Assembly (NCBI GenBank): GCA_965202985.1
Contig: CBDBCF010000001.1
Span: 1,696,001-1,760,000 of the forward strand
DNA: 64,000 bases
Origin: Longimicrobiales bacterium
GTDB lineage: Bacteria; Gemmatimonadota; Gemmatimonadetes; Longimicrobiales; Gaopeijiaceae
Direction of reading: 5' to 3'
Below, piece after piece: positions 49,974 through 59,232 of the stretch (position 1 is its first letter; each line of letters begins with the position of its first letter). The notes below the pieces were generated by a model. It was not told the origin of the DNA and made no database searches. It saw only the letters and a program-made list of their open reading frames with translations. Both the position numbers and the translations under genes were made by a program.

Positions 49974-51716
49974 TTATCCGGCATGATCGAAGAGATCTAT
50001 GGATTTCTTGTTGGTCAGCACATCCGCCCTTTTTAAATCCCCAGCCACTTGCCCAGCGTAAACGGTTTTTCCCGCCCACTCAAACAGCTTCCCGACCCGT
50101 CGCACCGCTTCGTCCGTCCTGCTCCAGAGCCTTCCGTGTCGAGCTTCGTCAATCATCGTCCGCACGGTTAGGACGGCTTCGGCCCGCCTCCTGTCGTTCA
50201 CCCACCACGGGTAGGGCATACGCTCAAAGTCCTTGCTTTGAATATTTCTTGTGTGGTTGATCACCGTCTTCAGGATCCGATTCGCCGTATCCGAAAGTAG
50301 CCACCCTAGAATAAAATACAGTTCTTCCCGATCTTCACCCTGTCGCAAGAAGGCACACGGTGCTCCACTATCGAGAATATATCCGGCCGGCAAGTAGCGG
50401 GGTACAAACTGTGTTGCCACAAGTTGCCAAGTAAGGCCCTTTTGTCCAAAAAAACGTTGTCCTCCGACACCTCGCAGATACCAGTTGCTCGTCCGCTTGT
50501 ATGTCAACACGGCATCTCCTTCGTCTCGCCAATAGATATAATGCGTCGGATCTGAATACACAATTCGCCCGTTTGCCTTGTTGTACGGTGCATATCGCGA
50601 ATCTGGCAGTGCGACGACCTCTGGATTGTCGCGATGTACAACGCGCACTCGACGCTCTGTTTCTCCTGCCATCTCGGCCGCCTTGAGTGCTGCTTCACGT
50701 CGGACAGACAGCCGCCCGAGTCTAGCACGCTCCAATTCGTGCTTTAGCGTCACTGGCGCTTGGTAGAATTCAAATGCAAATGGCTCTTGAATTTGTTGTC
50801 CTGGACGCACCCTCCGAACGAACAATGCATTATTGCCCGTCGTCATGCCACTTGTTGCGATGAACCGATCGCCCAGTAATGGACCGTCGAAGAAATGAGC
50901 GGTCTCGACATCAACGCCCCACGACAGATTAGGTGTAGCGAGGATCGCCTTCCTATCGATCACTTTCGCATTGCGCACAACTCGGTGGCTATCTTCATTC
51001 TTGATGAAGTCAAGCACCAGCATTGGATAGCTAGTTTCGGCGGAGAATTCAGCGATGTTGGTTAGTTTTACTTTACCCCTCTTCATCAGGAAGTTACGAA
51101 GGCCTGCCATCGTCGGAATCGTGAGCAATGTGTCACTGCAAATGAATGTCAGTCGTCCACCCGGTCGCAGTAAGTCCACGCATGCCACAATGAAAAACGC
51201 GTATGTTTCCTTCTTGATCTTCATTCCAAGACGCTTGCCAAGACGTTTATCCAGTATGTCTTCAATATCGCGATGGAAAGTGCCTCCGAATGGAGGATTT
51301 CCGATCACAAGATCGAAGCTTCCGTGATCAAATCCTATCGTGTCGTTGTGAATGTCGTTACACATACCCGCTAGATACGCCCTAAAGAAGTCGCTATTGC
51401 AGATTCGTGTTTTCACTTCTATTGTATCGTCATTACGGTTAACGGCCGTTGCCAGGGCGCTTTGTGCGAGGCGCCCGTCCACCTCGACACCAATCAATTC
51501 CCATGTTTCGTCAACTCGGTCTCCAGAAAAACAGCTGGCATCCAATCGATCAACAATAGCGGACAAGAAAGCACCGTCACCGCATGATGGCTCCAAGATG
51601 CGCTTGTACATGTCGAGTGGTACTGCGTCGATCACTTGAGTCGCTAGTGAGGACGGTGTCATGTATTGTCCTCGTTGTCTCTTGTTCACTCTTTCATGCT
51701 TTCGTTGTCTGATCAC
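49974..51716 (-). CDS. N6-adenine DNA MTase (gamma class)
   Basis: GQYMTP, LEPSCGDG and IGNPPF; low GC. Confidence 0.9.
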   Translation of the reverse strand: MIRQRKHERVNKRQRGQYMTPSSLATQVIDAVPLDMYKRILEPSCGDGAFLSAIVDRLDASCFSGDRVDETWELIGVEVDGRLAQSALATAVNRNDDTIEVKTRICNSDFFRAYLAGMCNDIHNDTIGFDHGSFDLVIGNPPFGGTFHRDIEDILDKRLGKRLGMKIKKETYAFFIVACVDLLRPGGRLTFICSDTLLTIPTMAGLRNFLMKRGKVKLTNIAEFSAETSYPMLVLDFIKNEDSHRVVRNAKVIDRKAILATPNLSWGVDVETAHFFDGPLLGDRFIATSGMTTGNNALFVRRVRPGQQIQEPFAFEFYQAPVTLKHELERARLGRLSVRREAALKAAEMAGETERRVRVVHRDNPEVVALPDSRYAPYNKANGRIVYSDPTHYIYWRDEGDAVLTYKRTSNWYLRGVGGQRFFGQKGLTWQLVATQFVPRYLPAGYILDSGAPCAFLRQGEDREELYFILGWLLSDTANRILKTVINHTRNIQSKDFERMPYPWWVNDRRRAEAVLTVRTMIDEARHGRLWSRTDEAVRRVGKLFEWAGKTVYAGQVAGDLKRADVLTNKKSIDLFDHAG

Positions 51717-52411
51717 GGAACAAACTCCATGTCACTCTGGTCTACGGCAAAATCGGTGCCACGGAATCTCTGCAACTGGCTCCGCCGTTGTTGTAGGCGT
51801 TTCTGGCGATTGGCAAATAAGTCGTGAAGTTTTTGTTCAAACAGCCCAAAGAGAACTTCGGCTTTTTCCGGTACACCTCGCTTTGCTGGCCTGTATCCAG
51901 AATCGATAGCAGCATAGAAATCACGCTCGCGGAGCATAATCTGGCCAGGACCAGCATCATATGTGACGAATTCTGTCCAATCGAGCAAATCGACGAAATA
52001 TGAAAGATGCGTATGGTTGGACATGTCGAATTTGATGATGAGCAAGTAATAAGAATCTATCCATTGTCGTAGAATATAGTCAAGCAGTTTCTGCATGGAC
52101 ACGAGATTGGGTTGGCCGTTCATGTTCTGAAGGCCAGACTTAACGTTTATTGGATTGTATATGCCATTACAATAGACCCAGGTGTCGCCCATGGAACGCT
52201 TTCTGATTTCGCCTTTCTTGGTGCCTTCGTAGCGGGTATCCAAGTGTACCTTCAGAAGCGCTGTAGTCCGATCGTCAACGTAGTCGGCCATGCGATGCCC
52301 CGGCTCCTTGCCCGACACGATTTCGGCGAAGCTCTGATCTCGCACATGGACAGACCAATGGTCGTTGGTAAGGTTGATGATCTGTGATTGGACACATGCA
52401 GTGATGGCCAT
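51713..52411 (-). CDS. Putative Type II restriction endonuclease
   Basis: SMGD...INVK PD-(D/E)xK-like motif; GTGA overlap with the MTase; low GC. Confidence 0.65.
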   Translation of the reverse strand: MAITACVQSQIINLTNDHWSVHVRDQSFAEIVSGKEPGHRMADYVDDRTTALLKVHLDTRYEGTKKGEIRKRSMGDTWVYCNGIYNPINVKSGLQNMNGQPNLVSMQKLLDYILRQWIDSYYLLIIKFDMSNHTHLSYFVDLLDWTEFVTYDAGPGQIMLRERDFYAAIDSGYRPAKRGVPEKAEVLFGLFEQKLHDLFANRQKRLQQRRSQLQRFRGTDFAVDQSDMEFVP

Positions 52412-52558
52412 TGGACACTCACAGGCTTGGGGTTGGTCACCGTGGCCGGAGGATTCCGGGCGGCGGAGAGTGGTTGCGTGACCCGAGAAAAGTAGCGTGT
52501 TTGGGCGGTTTACGCTACCGGTTACGTGGTTTGAGTGACGTCAGGGAGGCCGCCACCG

Positions 52559-53060
52559 TCAGAACACCGTGCCGAAGCTCAACCAGGGGTGCCACTTGGA
52601 GTCCGGGGGCGTGGTGTCGTCCACGGGGAAGCGTCGGGCCAGGTTGATCCGGAGGCCGCCGGGCACGACAACGCCCGCTCCTCCCGAGAGGAAGGTGAGG
52701 CGCTCCCCTTACAGGTCGGGTGCGTTGGTCGGGGCCAGTCGGCGAAGGTGCGCATCCAGTCGCTGAAGATCGAGAGCCGGGCGAAGCCGATCTGGAGCTG
52801 AACGTCGGCTCGGGCGCGCAGGGCCACGCGGCTGGCCAAGCCCTGCGGCGTCCGTCCGCGAAACCAGCGGCCGGAGGGTCGAGGAGCCACGACTCGGTGC
52901 GGGGTGATCCTCCCCAGGTCCGGGCGGTGCCGGACCTCCGCTCCCACCGAGACGCGCCTGCCCGGAAAGAGGACCGCCGTCCCGGTGGCTGCCGCTCGCA
53001 CTCTCGGGTCTTCTTTCAGAGTGCCCGCCAGGGACAGCGCGCCCCCCCGCAGCCGGCCGG
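52559..53060 (-). pseudogene. C-terminal remnant of an outer-membrane beta-barrel
   Basis: Frameshifted beta-strand-like peptides ending GGLRINLARRF...WLSFGTVF*. Confidence 0.4.
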
Positions 53061-53229
53061 ACCGGCTTCCCCACGAGTTTCTGGATGAGCGTCGCGGGAC
53101 GTTGACCAAGGCGATTGAGAGCCTGATAGACGAAAGGCCGCTGTCGTAATCGCCAAGGCTTCATGAGCCGGATAAGCGAGTCGAGACGGTCGGTGTCAAG
53201 ATTAGCATAGTTACTATCGAAAATCCGAA

Positions 53230-54792
53230 TCAAGAAGCTGCAAGCATCCGCAAGCGCTTTCCCTCGGTTTCGGCGTCTTCCGCGTCCATGAAGGCGTGGC
53301 ACCTCTCGAGTTCGCGGCGCGTCTCGTCCAGCGAGTGCCACTGAACCTGGGCCGTCCATCGCCATAGGTAGTCCATCGCTTGGATGAGCGGTTCCGGGCG
53401 TCCCGTCCGCGACAAGGCTCGGAGCGCCGCGACGTAGTTGGCGCGGAAGACCGTGGGCACCAGGATGCGGTGTTCGCCGCGGGCCACCAGCTCGGCGTTC
53501 ATCATGACGCGGGCCACACGTCCGTTGCCGTCCGCGAAGGGGTGGACCTCGGTCACGAGGAACATCGCGAAGACGGCGCACTGGAAGGGCGTCTCCAAGC
53601 TCCGCCAATGTCCGAAGCCCTGCTCCAGCGTGCCGCGCACCAGGGCGGGGTCCACGAACACCGTCGTGCCCGCTCGGTTGGGCATGGACTTGAACTCGCC
53701 GGGTCGCGTGTCGGCGCGCCCGCCCATGATCGTTCGGTGGCGGGACTTGAGCAGTGCTTCAAGGTCGCGAAAGCTGTCCGGCGTCCGGGCCATCTCGGCG
53801 TCGTCCGAGACCAAGCGCCAAGTGCCCGCCACGTCGTGGGCGTCTGCTGGCCGTTCCGTCGGGACGTTGCCGTCGAAGACGATGCCGGCGGCTTCTTCGA
53901 CGGTGAACTCGGTGCCTTCGATGAAGTTCGAGAAGTATGCATCGAAGAAGGCCAGCGTCTTGCTGCCCACGGAGTCGCGGGGTGGCGCGGGGACGGTTCG
54001 CGGCGGGTAGTCGCGGAGAGCGCGATGCAGCGTCTCGAAGAGGGCGACCCGGCCGGCGTCGAACGGGCGACCTTGCCCGCGTGCCCGGGCCGCGGGGGAG
54101 GCGAGTCGGGTCGACCGGGTTCCCAGGAGCGCGCCGATCACGTCGTCCAGCGTCGCCGCTTCGTCGTGCATGTCCAAGGACGCCGCCGCGATCCGTACTT
54201 CGTCGCGCAGCCGATTGGCCGCGGCTTCGCCCGACAACGAAATCACGGCGTCTAGGCGTTCTTCGATCTCGCTTCGCGACAGGGTTCGCGGGACGCGCCC
54301 GCCTCGTGCCCGGCTGGGCCGCATGTTCTCCAAGAACGCCCGCGCCCGCGAGCTTAGGTGAAGGTCGGTCATGAACGGCTGGTCCAGTTCGATCGGCCCC
54401 ACGCCTCGCCGGGGACGGAGGAGGACTCCGGGCAGCTCGATCTCGCGCCCCCGTGCAGCGACGATGCAGACCGAGCCGTCCGGGGCGGGACCGATTTCGA
54501 ACGCCGTGCGGTCGGCAACCACTGCGCCTGGGAAGTATCCAGCGACGATCTCCCAGAGGTTCCGTCGCACCACGACTTCGACCGGGTCGACCAGGTTCTT
54601 GGTGTAGAGGCGGGAGCCGATCTTTCGCAGCTTGCCGGCCCTCACGGCCCGCGAGACGGCGCGGCTGATCGCCGTGGTGGACACGAACGCCTCGGGCGCG
54701 GCGGCTAGCGCGAAGGCGGCCGTGGCGGGTGTCGGGGAGGCCGGTGCTTGGTTGCTGGCCCTGGGCGACCGGTCGGCGGGAATTTTGGCCAT
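53230..54792 (-). CDS. Fic family protein (long form)
   Basis: YFSNFIEGT and HPFADGNGRVAR motifs. Confidence 0.92.
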   Translation of the reverse strand: MAKIPADRSPRASNQAPASPTPATAAFALAAAPEAFVSTTAISRAVSRAVRAGKLRKIGSRLYTKNLVDPVEVVVRRNLWEIVAGYFPGAVVADRTAFEIGPAPDGSVCIVAARGREIELPGVLLRPRRGVGPIELDQPFMTDLHLSSRARAFLENMRPSRARGGRVPRTLSRSEIEERLDAVISLSGEAAANRLRDEVRIAAASLDMHDEAATLDDVIGALLGTRSTRLASPAARARGQGRPFDAGRVALFETLHRALRDYPPRTVPAPPRDSVGSKTLAFFDAYFSNFIEGTEFTVEEAAGIVFDGNVPTERPADAHDVAGTWRLVSDDAEMARTPDSFRDLEALLKSRHRTIMGGRADTRPGEFKSMPNRAGTTVFVDPALVRGTLEQGFGHWRSLETPFQCAVFAMFLVTEVHPFADGNGRVARVMMNAELVARGEHRILVPTVFRANYVAALRALSRTGRPEPLIQAMDYLWRWTAQVQWHSLDETRRELERCHAFMDAEDAETEGKRLRMLAAS

Positions 54793-55027
54793 CTTTGGTA
54801 TGGTTCGGCGTCGCGTGAGGGGAATAATCTCAAGATAACGCCGTCAAGGAGAGAAAAACGACGAGGTTAGCCTATGTGGCGACGCAGGATCGTGGCGAGG
54901 CATCCGGGTAGGGGAACCGGGGCGTCCCACCGCGAATCTGCAGGGTTCGAGGCCTTTCGCAGTAGTAGTAGCGAGGCCGGCGGATTCGCCGTCGGGCCGG
55001 AGTACCCCGAAGCGAGGAAGGTACGAG

Positions 55028-55291
55028 ATGTCGGAGGTGAAGAGCGTGTCGGAGGCGGAGGGCCTGGGGCGCGTGCTGGTGGAGGCGTTCGGGGACGGCT
55101 GGGAGCTGCTGGGCATGGCCGAGTACTGGTCGGGCTTGGACGGCTGGACGTTCGAGCACGTGGAGGACCAGGTTCCGGCGACGTTCACGTGCCGCACGGA
55201 GAAGTTCATAGCGCTGCGCGACCTTCGGGTGCTGGCCGATGTGGTTAGCGAGGGTCGGCGCTGGCGCTTGGTGGCCGATCCTGGGGACTAG
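55028..55291 (+). CDS. Hypothetical protein
   Basis: GGAAGG RBS; 87 aa, acidic. Confidence 0.55.
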   Translation: MSEVKSVSEAEGLGRVLVEAFGDGWELLGMAEYWSGLDGWTFEHVEDQVPATFTCRTEKFIALRDLRVLADVVSEGRRWRLVADPGD

Positions 55292-55369
55292 GGCGGAGGC
55301 GAGCGGCAGGTTTCCGGGCGTTTCGTCGTAGAGCGACCGAGCCCGGAATCCGCCCGGCCGAGTTCTTGA

Positions 55370-55597
55370 ATGCCCGAAGTGAGCCCCCCAATGTTCGGCG
55401 AGCGGCTGAAGGACTTCGCCGTGTCTCTCGCCCTGTGCGGTTGGTGGCTGCCGGTGGTCGGGGCGGTGGAGGACGCGTGGTTCGCGAGCGCGTTCGTGGG
55501 GCTGGTGATGGCGGCGTGCTTATGGTTCGGCCTGCGGGGAACGGCCGGGGAAGGCGATGTTCTGGATGGGGGTCGGCCTCGGACAACGCGGGGTTGA
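55370..55597 (+). CDS. Small two-TM hypothetical protein
   Basis: Two hydrophobic segments. Confidence 0.4.
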   Translation: MPEVSPPMFGERLKDFAVSLALCGWWLPVVGAVEDAWFASAFVGLVMAACLWFGLRGTAGEGDVLDGGRPRTTRG

Positions 55598-55628
55598 CGA
55601 GGCCGATGTCGCACGGTCGCTAAGGTTG

Positions 55629-56498
55629 CTAGCCCATCAGCTCATCCAAGGACGTGTACTCGAAGGAGCGGCGCAGGCCCAGGCGGGCAAACTGAACGGC
55701 AAGCTCCTTCACTTGGGTCTTGGTCAGCTTGCCGGTGTTGGCCCAGCGGCGATGCAACCGGGTCACGACCGCGGCCCGCGCGCGAGGATGATTGACGACC
55801 GTGATGCGTCGAAGCGAGAGCATGACCAGCTCCTCCCACGCCGGATGGTTTGCGCGCAGCGTTTCGTGAGCCTCGACGCGATCAACCCGACCTTCCGCGA
55901 CCTGCTCGATTCGAAGCGCCAATTGCCAGCGCCACCAGGCCTGGGCCATCGGACAGTCGGAGAAGACGGACACCTTGCCTCGGACGAAGATGCCGCCGGT
56001 TCGTCGCAAGAGGTTGCGGGTTCGCGCTTCCGAGTCCTTGGCGGGAGAGCCCTCCGTCATAAGCGCAGCGCGGACCGAATGTCCGGAATCGCCCAGACGA
56101 CTCTGCTCGATCCACGCGACGTGGCAGAGGAGCCAAAACACGGGCTGGGACGCCAGCCGGGGAGGCAAGTTCCGCCAAGTCCTGCCGAGCTCCACCTCAA
56201 GCTCGAAGGGTGGCTTGACAAACTCGGCGGGCGTAAGGCGGTCGCGCGGAAACGAAGGGGCATCGATCTCGTCGCCCACGCCCAGCCCCAGGACGCGACG
56301 AAGGTAGGCTCCCAGCTGCCTAGGTCCCTTGTCGATCTCGGATGCCAGTTCCTCTTGCCGACCTCTGACCTTCTCGACGGTCGCTCGGTTGTGGCGTGCA
56401 GGCTTTCCGTGCTTCCTTTGGTCGAAGACGATGTCACGCTGCCAGCTGCTGAAGGCGGTGCCGCACTTGTCGACCAGTCGGTCAATCTTCTTCGTCAT
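55629..56498 (-). CDS. Hypothetical protein, DUF6339-like
   Basis: LPPRLASQPVFWLLCH...AQAWW resembles the DUF6339 pattern as recalled; overlaps the upstream gene. Confidence 0.55.
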   Translation of the reverse strand: MTKKIDRLVDKCGTAFSSWQRDIVFDQRKHGKPARHNRATVEKVRGRQEELASEIDKGPRQLGAYLRRVLGLGVGDEIDAPSFPRDRLTPAEFVKPPFELEVELGRTWRNLPPRLASQPVFWLLCHVAWIEQSRLGDSGHSVRAALMTEGSPAKDSEARTRNLLRRTGGIFVRGKVSVFSDCPMAQAWWRWQLALRIEQVAEGRVDRVEAHETLRANHPAWEELVMLSLRRITVVNHPRARAAVVTRLHRRWANTGKLTKTQVKELAVQFARLGLRRSFEYTSLDELMG

Positions 56499-57324
56499 TG
56501 TCTTCCCTGGAATCGGCGAAGAAGAAGGGCTCCAGAAGCGTGGCCACCAAGGCCGGGTCGTAGTTCTCGTCGTCCCACAGCGCCACGTTTTCTCTCTTCT
56601 GCCGCAGTCGATTCCCGAGTTCGCGAGCCAGCGGCTCTTCATCGCGTGCATCGCTGGTGCCGGATTCCGACCGCGACTCTGAGAGCGCACCCCCGAACAC
56701 GCGAGGAAACCAGCCGCATACTCCCACCAGAGCCGCCACTTGCAAGGTCCTGTCCGACTTTGCCTGCTTGAAGACGTCCGGCGCCATCTTCACCGTGAAC
56801 CGCAAGCGTCCGCCGCCGTAGTCGGGGCCCACCTCCATGGTGCCCTTGTCCATGTCGTCGTTGCGCCGAAACGTGACCAGCGACTCGGTCAGCGTCTTGG
56901 AGCGGCACGCTTGCCCCTTGGCCAGCCACCAACCTGCCGGAACGCGAAGTTCGTCGGCGTCCGCCCACAGCGAGGTCAGCCCCGTTCCGTCGAGCGAGAA
57001 GGGCATCCGCGCGATCAGCCCGGGCACGATGTAGACCATGTCGTCCACTTCGTCGGGAGCCCACGAGACCACTTGTGGGTCGTCGGTCGAAGTCGAAGTC
57101 TCCACGCGGGCCATGAGAGTCTTGGGGCACCGCAGCTCGACGGCCCAGGCCGCCGTTCCGTCTTCGATCAGCTTGTGCAGAGCCGGCGCCCCGATCAGCC
57201 GGTGCCGCACCGTTGCGCTGTTGCGGCCCACCGACACTTCGGGAGCATAACTCGCGTCCAACCAGTCGTACCGCGACCCGTCTTCCAGAAGGATCGGGAG
57301 AGGCGTCTGCTCGATGGTGTTCAC
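56482..57324 (-). CDS. Hypothetical protein
   Basis: GTGA overlap with the upstream ATPase; WAVELRCPKT; 280 aa. Confidence 0.7.
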   Translation of the reverse strand: MNTIEQTPLPILLEDGSRYDWLDASYAPEVSVGRNSATVRHRLIGAPALHKLIEDGTAAWAVELRCPKTLMARVETSTSTDDPQVVSWAPDEVDDMVYIVPGLIARMPFSLDGTGLTSLWADADELRVPAGWWLAKGQACRSKTLTESLVTFRRNDDMDKGTMEVGPDYGGGRLRFTVKMAPDVFKQAKSDRTLQVAALVGVCGWFPRVFGGALSESRSESGTSDARDEEPLARELGNRLRQKRENVALWDDENYDPALVATLLEPFFFADSREDNDEED

Positions 57325-59204
57325 GAATCGCTGCGTCGGCGGCGCACGATGTCCACCTCGACGGCGTTCGGGTCGGCAAGCCCCTTGTCGAGCACGACGA
57401 CAAACCGGCGAGCGGTATTGGGCAGGGCCACTTCGAACGGGTTGTCCTTGGGTGGATGCGTCGTGCCGTCCTCGAAGCGAACCTCGCGAATGGGGACCCA
57501 CTCGGGCCCCAGAGGCTGCTCGCAGGTCTGGTCGGAGCCGGACGGCACCCTGACGCGGACACCCAACAAGTCCGCCGACGGAAGATCGCCCCGAGGGTCC
57601 CATTCGACCTTCACGGCATCAACGGTTCCTGCCCCGTTCCGCGATGCCCGGTACGCCAGCCGGCCCGAAACGGCTCTGCCCTGCCGCGGCGCAGCCCCCT
57701 GCCTGCGCTTCTTCTTTCGCATGCCCCGCCTCCGGCGTGCGTCCACGCCCTCTTCTTCCTTGTCGCTTCGATCCATCACGGTGGCACCGTTCTCGCTGGC
57801 GCCCCCTCGCGGACGGTAGCTGGGCACCTTCTCCGCCTTCTTCTCCCGGTTGCCGGAAAGCGGGACGAAGCCCTCGGGCGTGAACTCGTCGTCGGCTTCC
57901 TCTTCGCCGGCCTGCTGCCGCAGCTCGGTCGCGATCTTCTTGAGTCGGGCCAGCAGCTCCGCGCTGTCTTGTCGCGAGAGGCGACTTCGCTCCAGATGGC
58001 GGTGCTCCGGGCCTTCGGCGTCTCGGACCAGCTCCGCCAACCTGCCGTCGGCCACCATGACGACCGCGGCGAAGGGCTTGAAGGTTCTGAAGTGTCGGGG
58101 CTCCAACGCGTCGGCGCTGTTTGTGATCCACATGCCGTTCCGGAAGACCTGGACGCGCGACTCCGGCCTGCCCTTGCGGGCCTCCAGCGTCCGAATGCGG
58201 ACCGGCGTGCCGTCCCGCAGCTCGAAAGGCACGCCGTCTCTCAACGTCTGCCACGCTTGGTAGGCCTGGGCGCCCGGGAGCCAGCGGCCCGTCTGGGCGC
58301 CGCGCTTCTTTCCCTTCTCCTGTTCGAGGATCTTTCCCAGCGTGTTGCGCGTCACGGCGGTCTCGCACCCGCTTTCGTCGCGCACGCGCACGACCATCTT
58401 TCCTTCCCAGATCGCGACCAGGAAGTTCTTGGCCGCGACTTGGGCGATCGCCTGCACCGGATCGGCCTCACTCCGAAAGTTGTTGAACCCGGTGATGCAC
58501 ACGACGCTTCCCGTGTCGGTCAGCCGGTCCAGCTCCTCTTGCAGCAGGGGCGGCGCTCGGTCCGGATAGGGCGACTGATGGAAGAGCGTGGCTTCCTCCC
58601 CGTGCAGCCAGAAGCCGTCGCCCCCGAGACCGCCTTCGCCGTTGCGGAGCGCGCGGGAGGCCAGGATCGCATGACCGCTCGCAATGTCGTGCAACTCGCC
58701 GCCGTCGTCTCCCCATCGGCCAGCGTAGAGCACGTACCGCAGGTCCGAACCCGCGAACGCCGTCAAGTGACCAATGCCGAACGCGCCGGCCCCGCCCTCG
58801 TCTTTGCTGGTGTTTCCTTGCGTCAGGATGCGCCGCATCCGGTCGGGATCGAGTCCCACGCCGTTGTCCCGGCACACGAGCAAGCGGACGGTTTCCTTGT
58901 CCAGGATCCGCCGGATGCGATCGATGACCCTCTTCTCGGCTCTGCCCTGGGTCTCCGCCTGGCGCTGGGCTACGGCTTCGTCGAAGTGATTGCGGTACGA
59001 TTCGATCCCCGGCACTTGGTCGAGCGGAACTTGGCGGATGTCAAAATCCACCTCCGCCTGTTCGACATCGATCTCGTCGGCGGCGTCCAGACAGTTCTGA
59101 AGGAGTTCGCGGACGATCGGCTCCGGCTTGCCGTCCCACTGAGTCGTGGTAAGGGTCGAGAATCCTTGGGGTTGGCCGGACTGGAATACGAGATCGTCTT
59201 GCAT
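57321..59204 (-). CDS. GHKL/HATPase-fold ATPase with an uncharacterised C-terminus
   Basis: RELLQNCLDA, DNGVG, GAFGIG and TGSVV (N, G1, G2, G3 boxes). Confidence 0.85.
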   Translation of the reverse strand: MQDDLVFQSGQPQGFSTLTTTQWDGKPEPIVRELLQNCLDAADEIDVEQAEVDFDIRQVPLDQVPGIESYRNHFDEAVAQRQAETQGRAEKRVIDRIRRILDKETVRLLVCRDNGVGLDPDRMRRILTQGNTSKDEGGAGAFGIGHLTAFAGSDLRYVLYAGRWGDDGGELHDIASGHAILASRALRNGEGGLGGDGFWLHGEEATLFHQSPYPDRAPPLLQEELDRLTDTGSVVCITGFNNFRSEADPVQAIAQVAAKNFLVAIWEGKMVVRVRDESGCETAVTRNTLGKILEQEKGKKRGAQTGRWLPGAQAYQAWQTLRDGVPFELRDGTPVRIRTLEARKGRPESRVQVFRNGMWITNSADALEPRHFRTFKPFAAVVMVADGRLAELVRDAEGPEHRHLERSRLSRQDSAELLARLKKIATELRQQAGEEEADDEFTPEGFVPLSGNREKKAEKVPSYRPRGGASENGATVMDRSDKEEEGVDARRRRGMRKKKRRQGAAPRQGRAVSGRLAYRASRNGAGTVDAVKVEWDPRGDLPSADLLGVRVRVPSGSDQTCEQPLGPEWVPIREVRFEDGTTHPPKDNPFEVALPNTARRFVVVLDKGLADPNAVEVDIVRRRRSDS

Positions 59205-59232
59205 GGTGTGCGCGTGCGCGGGTCCTTGTCCT

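Noticed and set aside
49955..50000. MIDEI as the resumed Walker B of the truncated ATPase
   Set aside because: The match is too short and the sequence that follows is the antisense of the MTase 3' end.
54845..55027. Possible structured ncRNA or riboswitch
   Set aside because: A few hairpins are present but no recognisable family motif; a covariance-model search would be needed.
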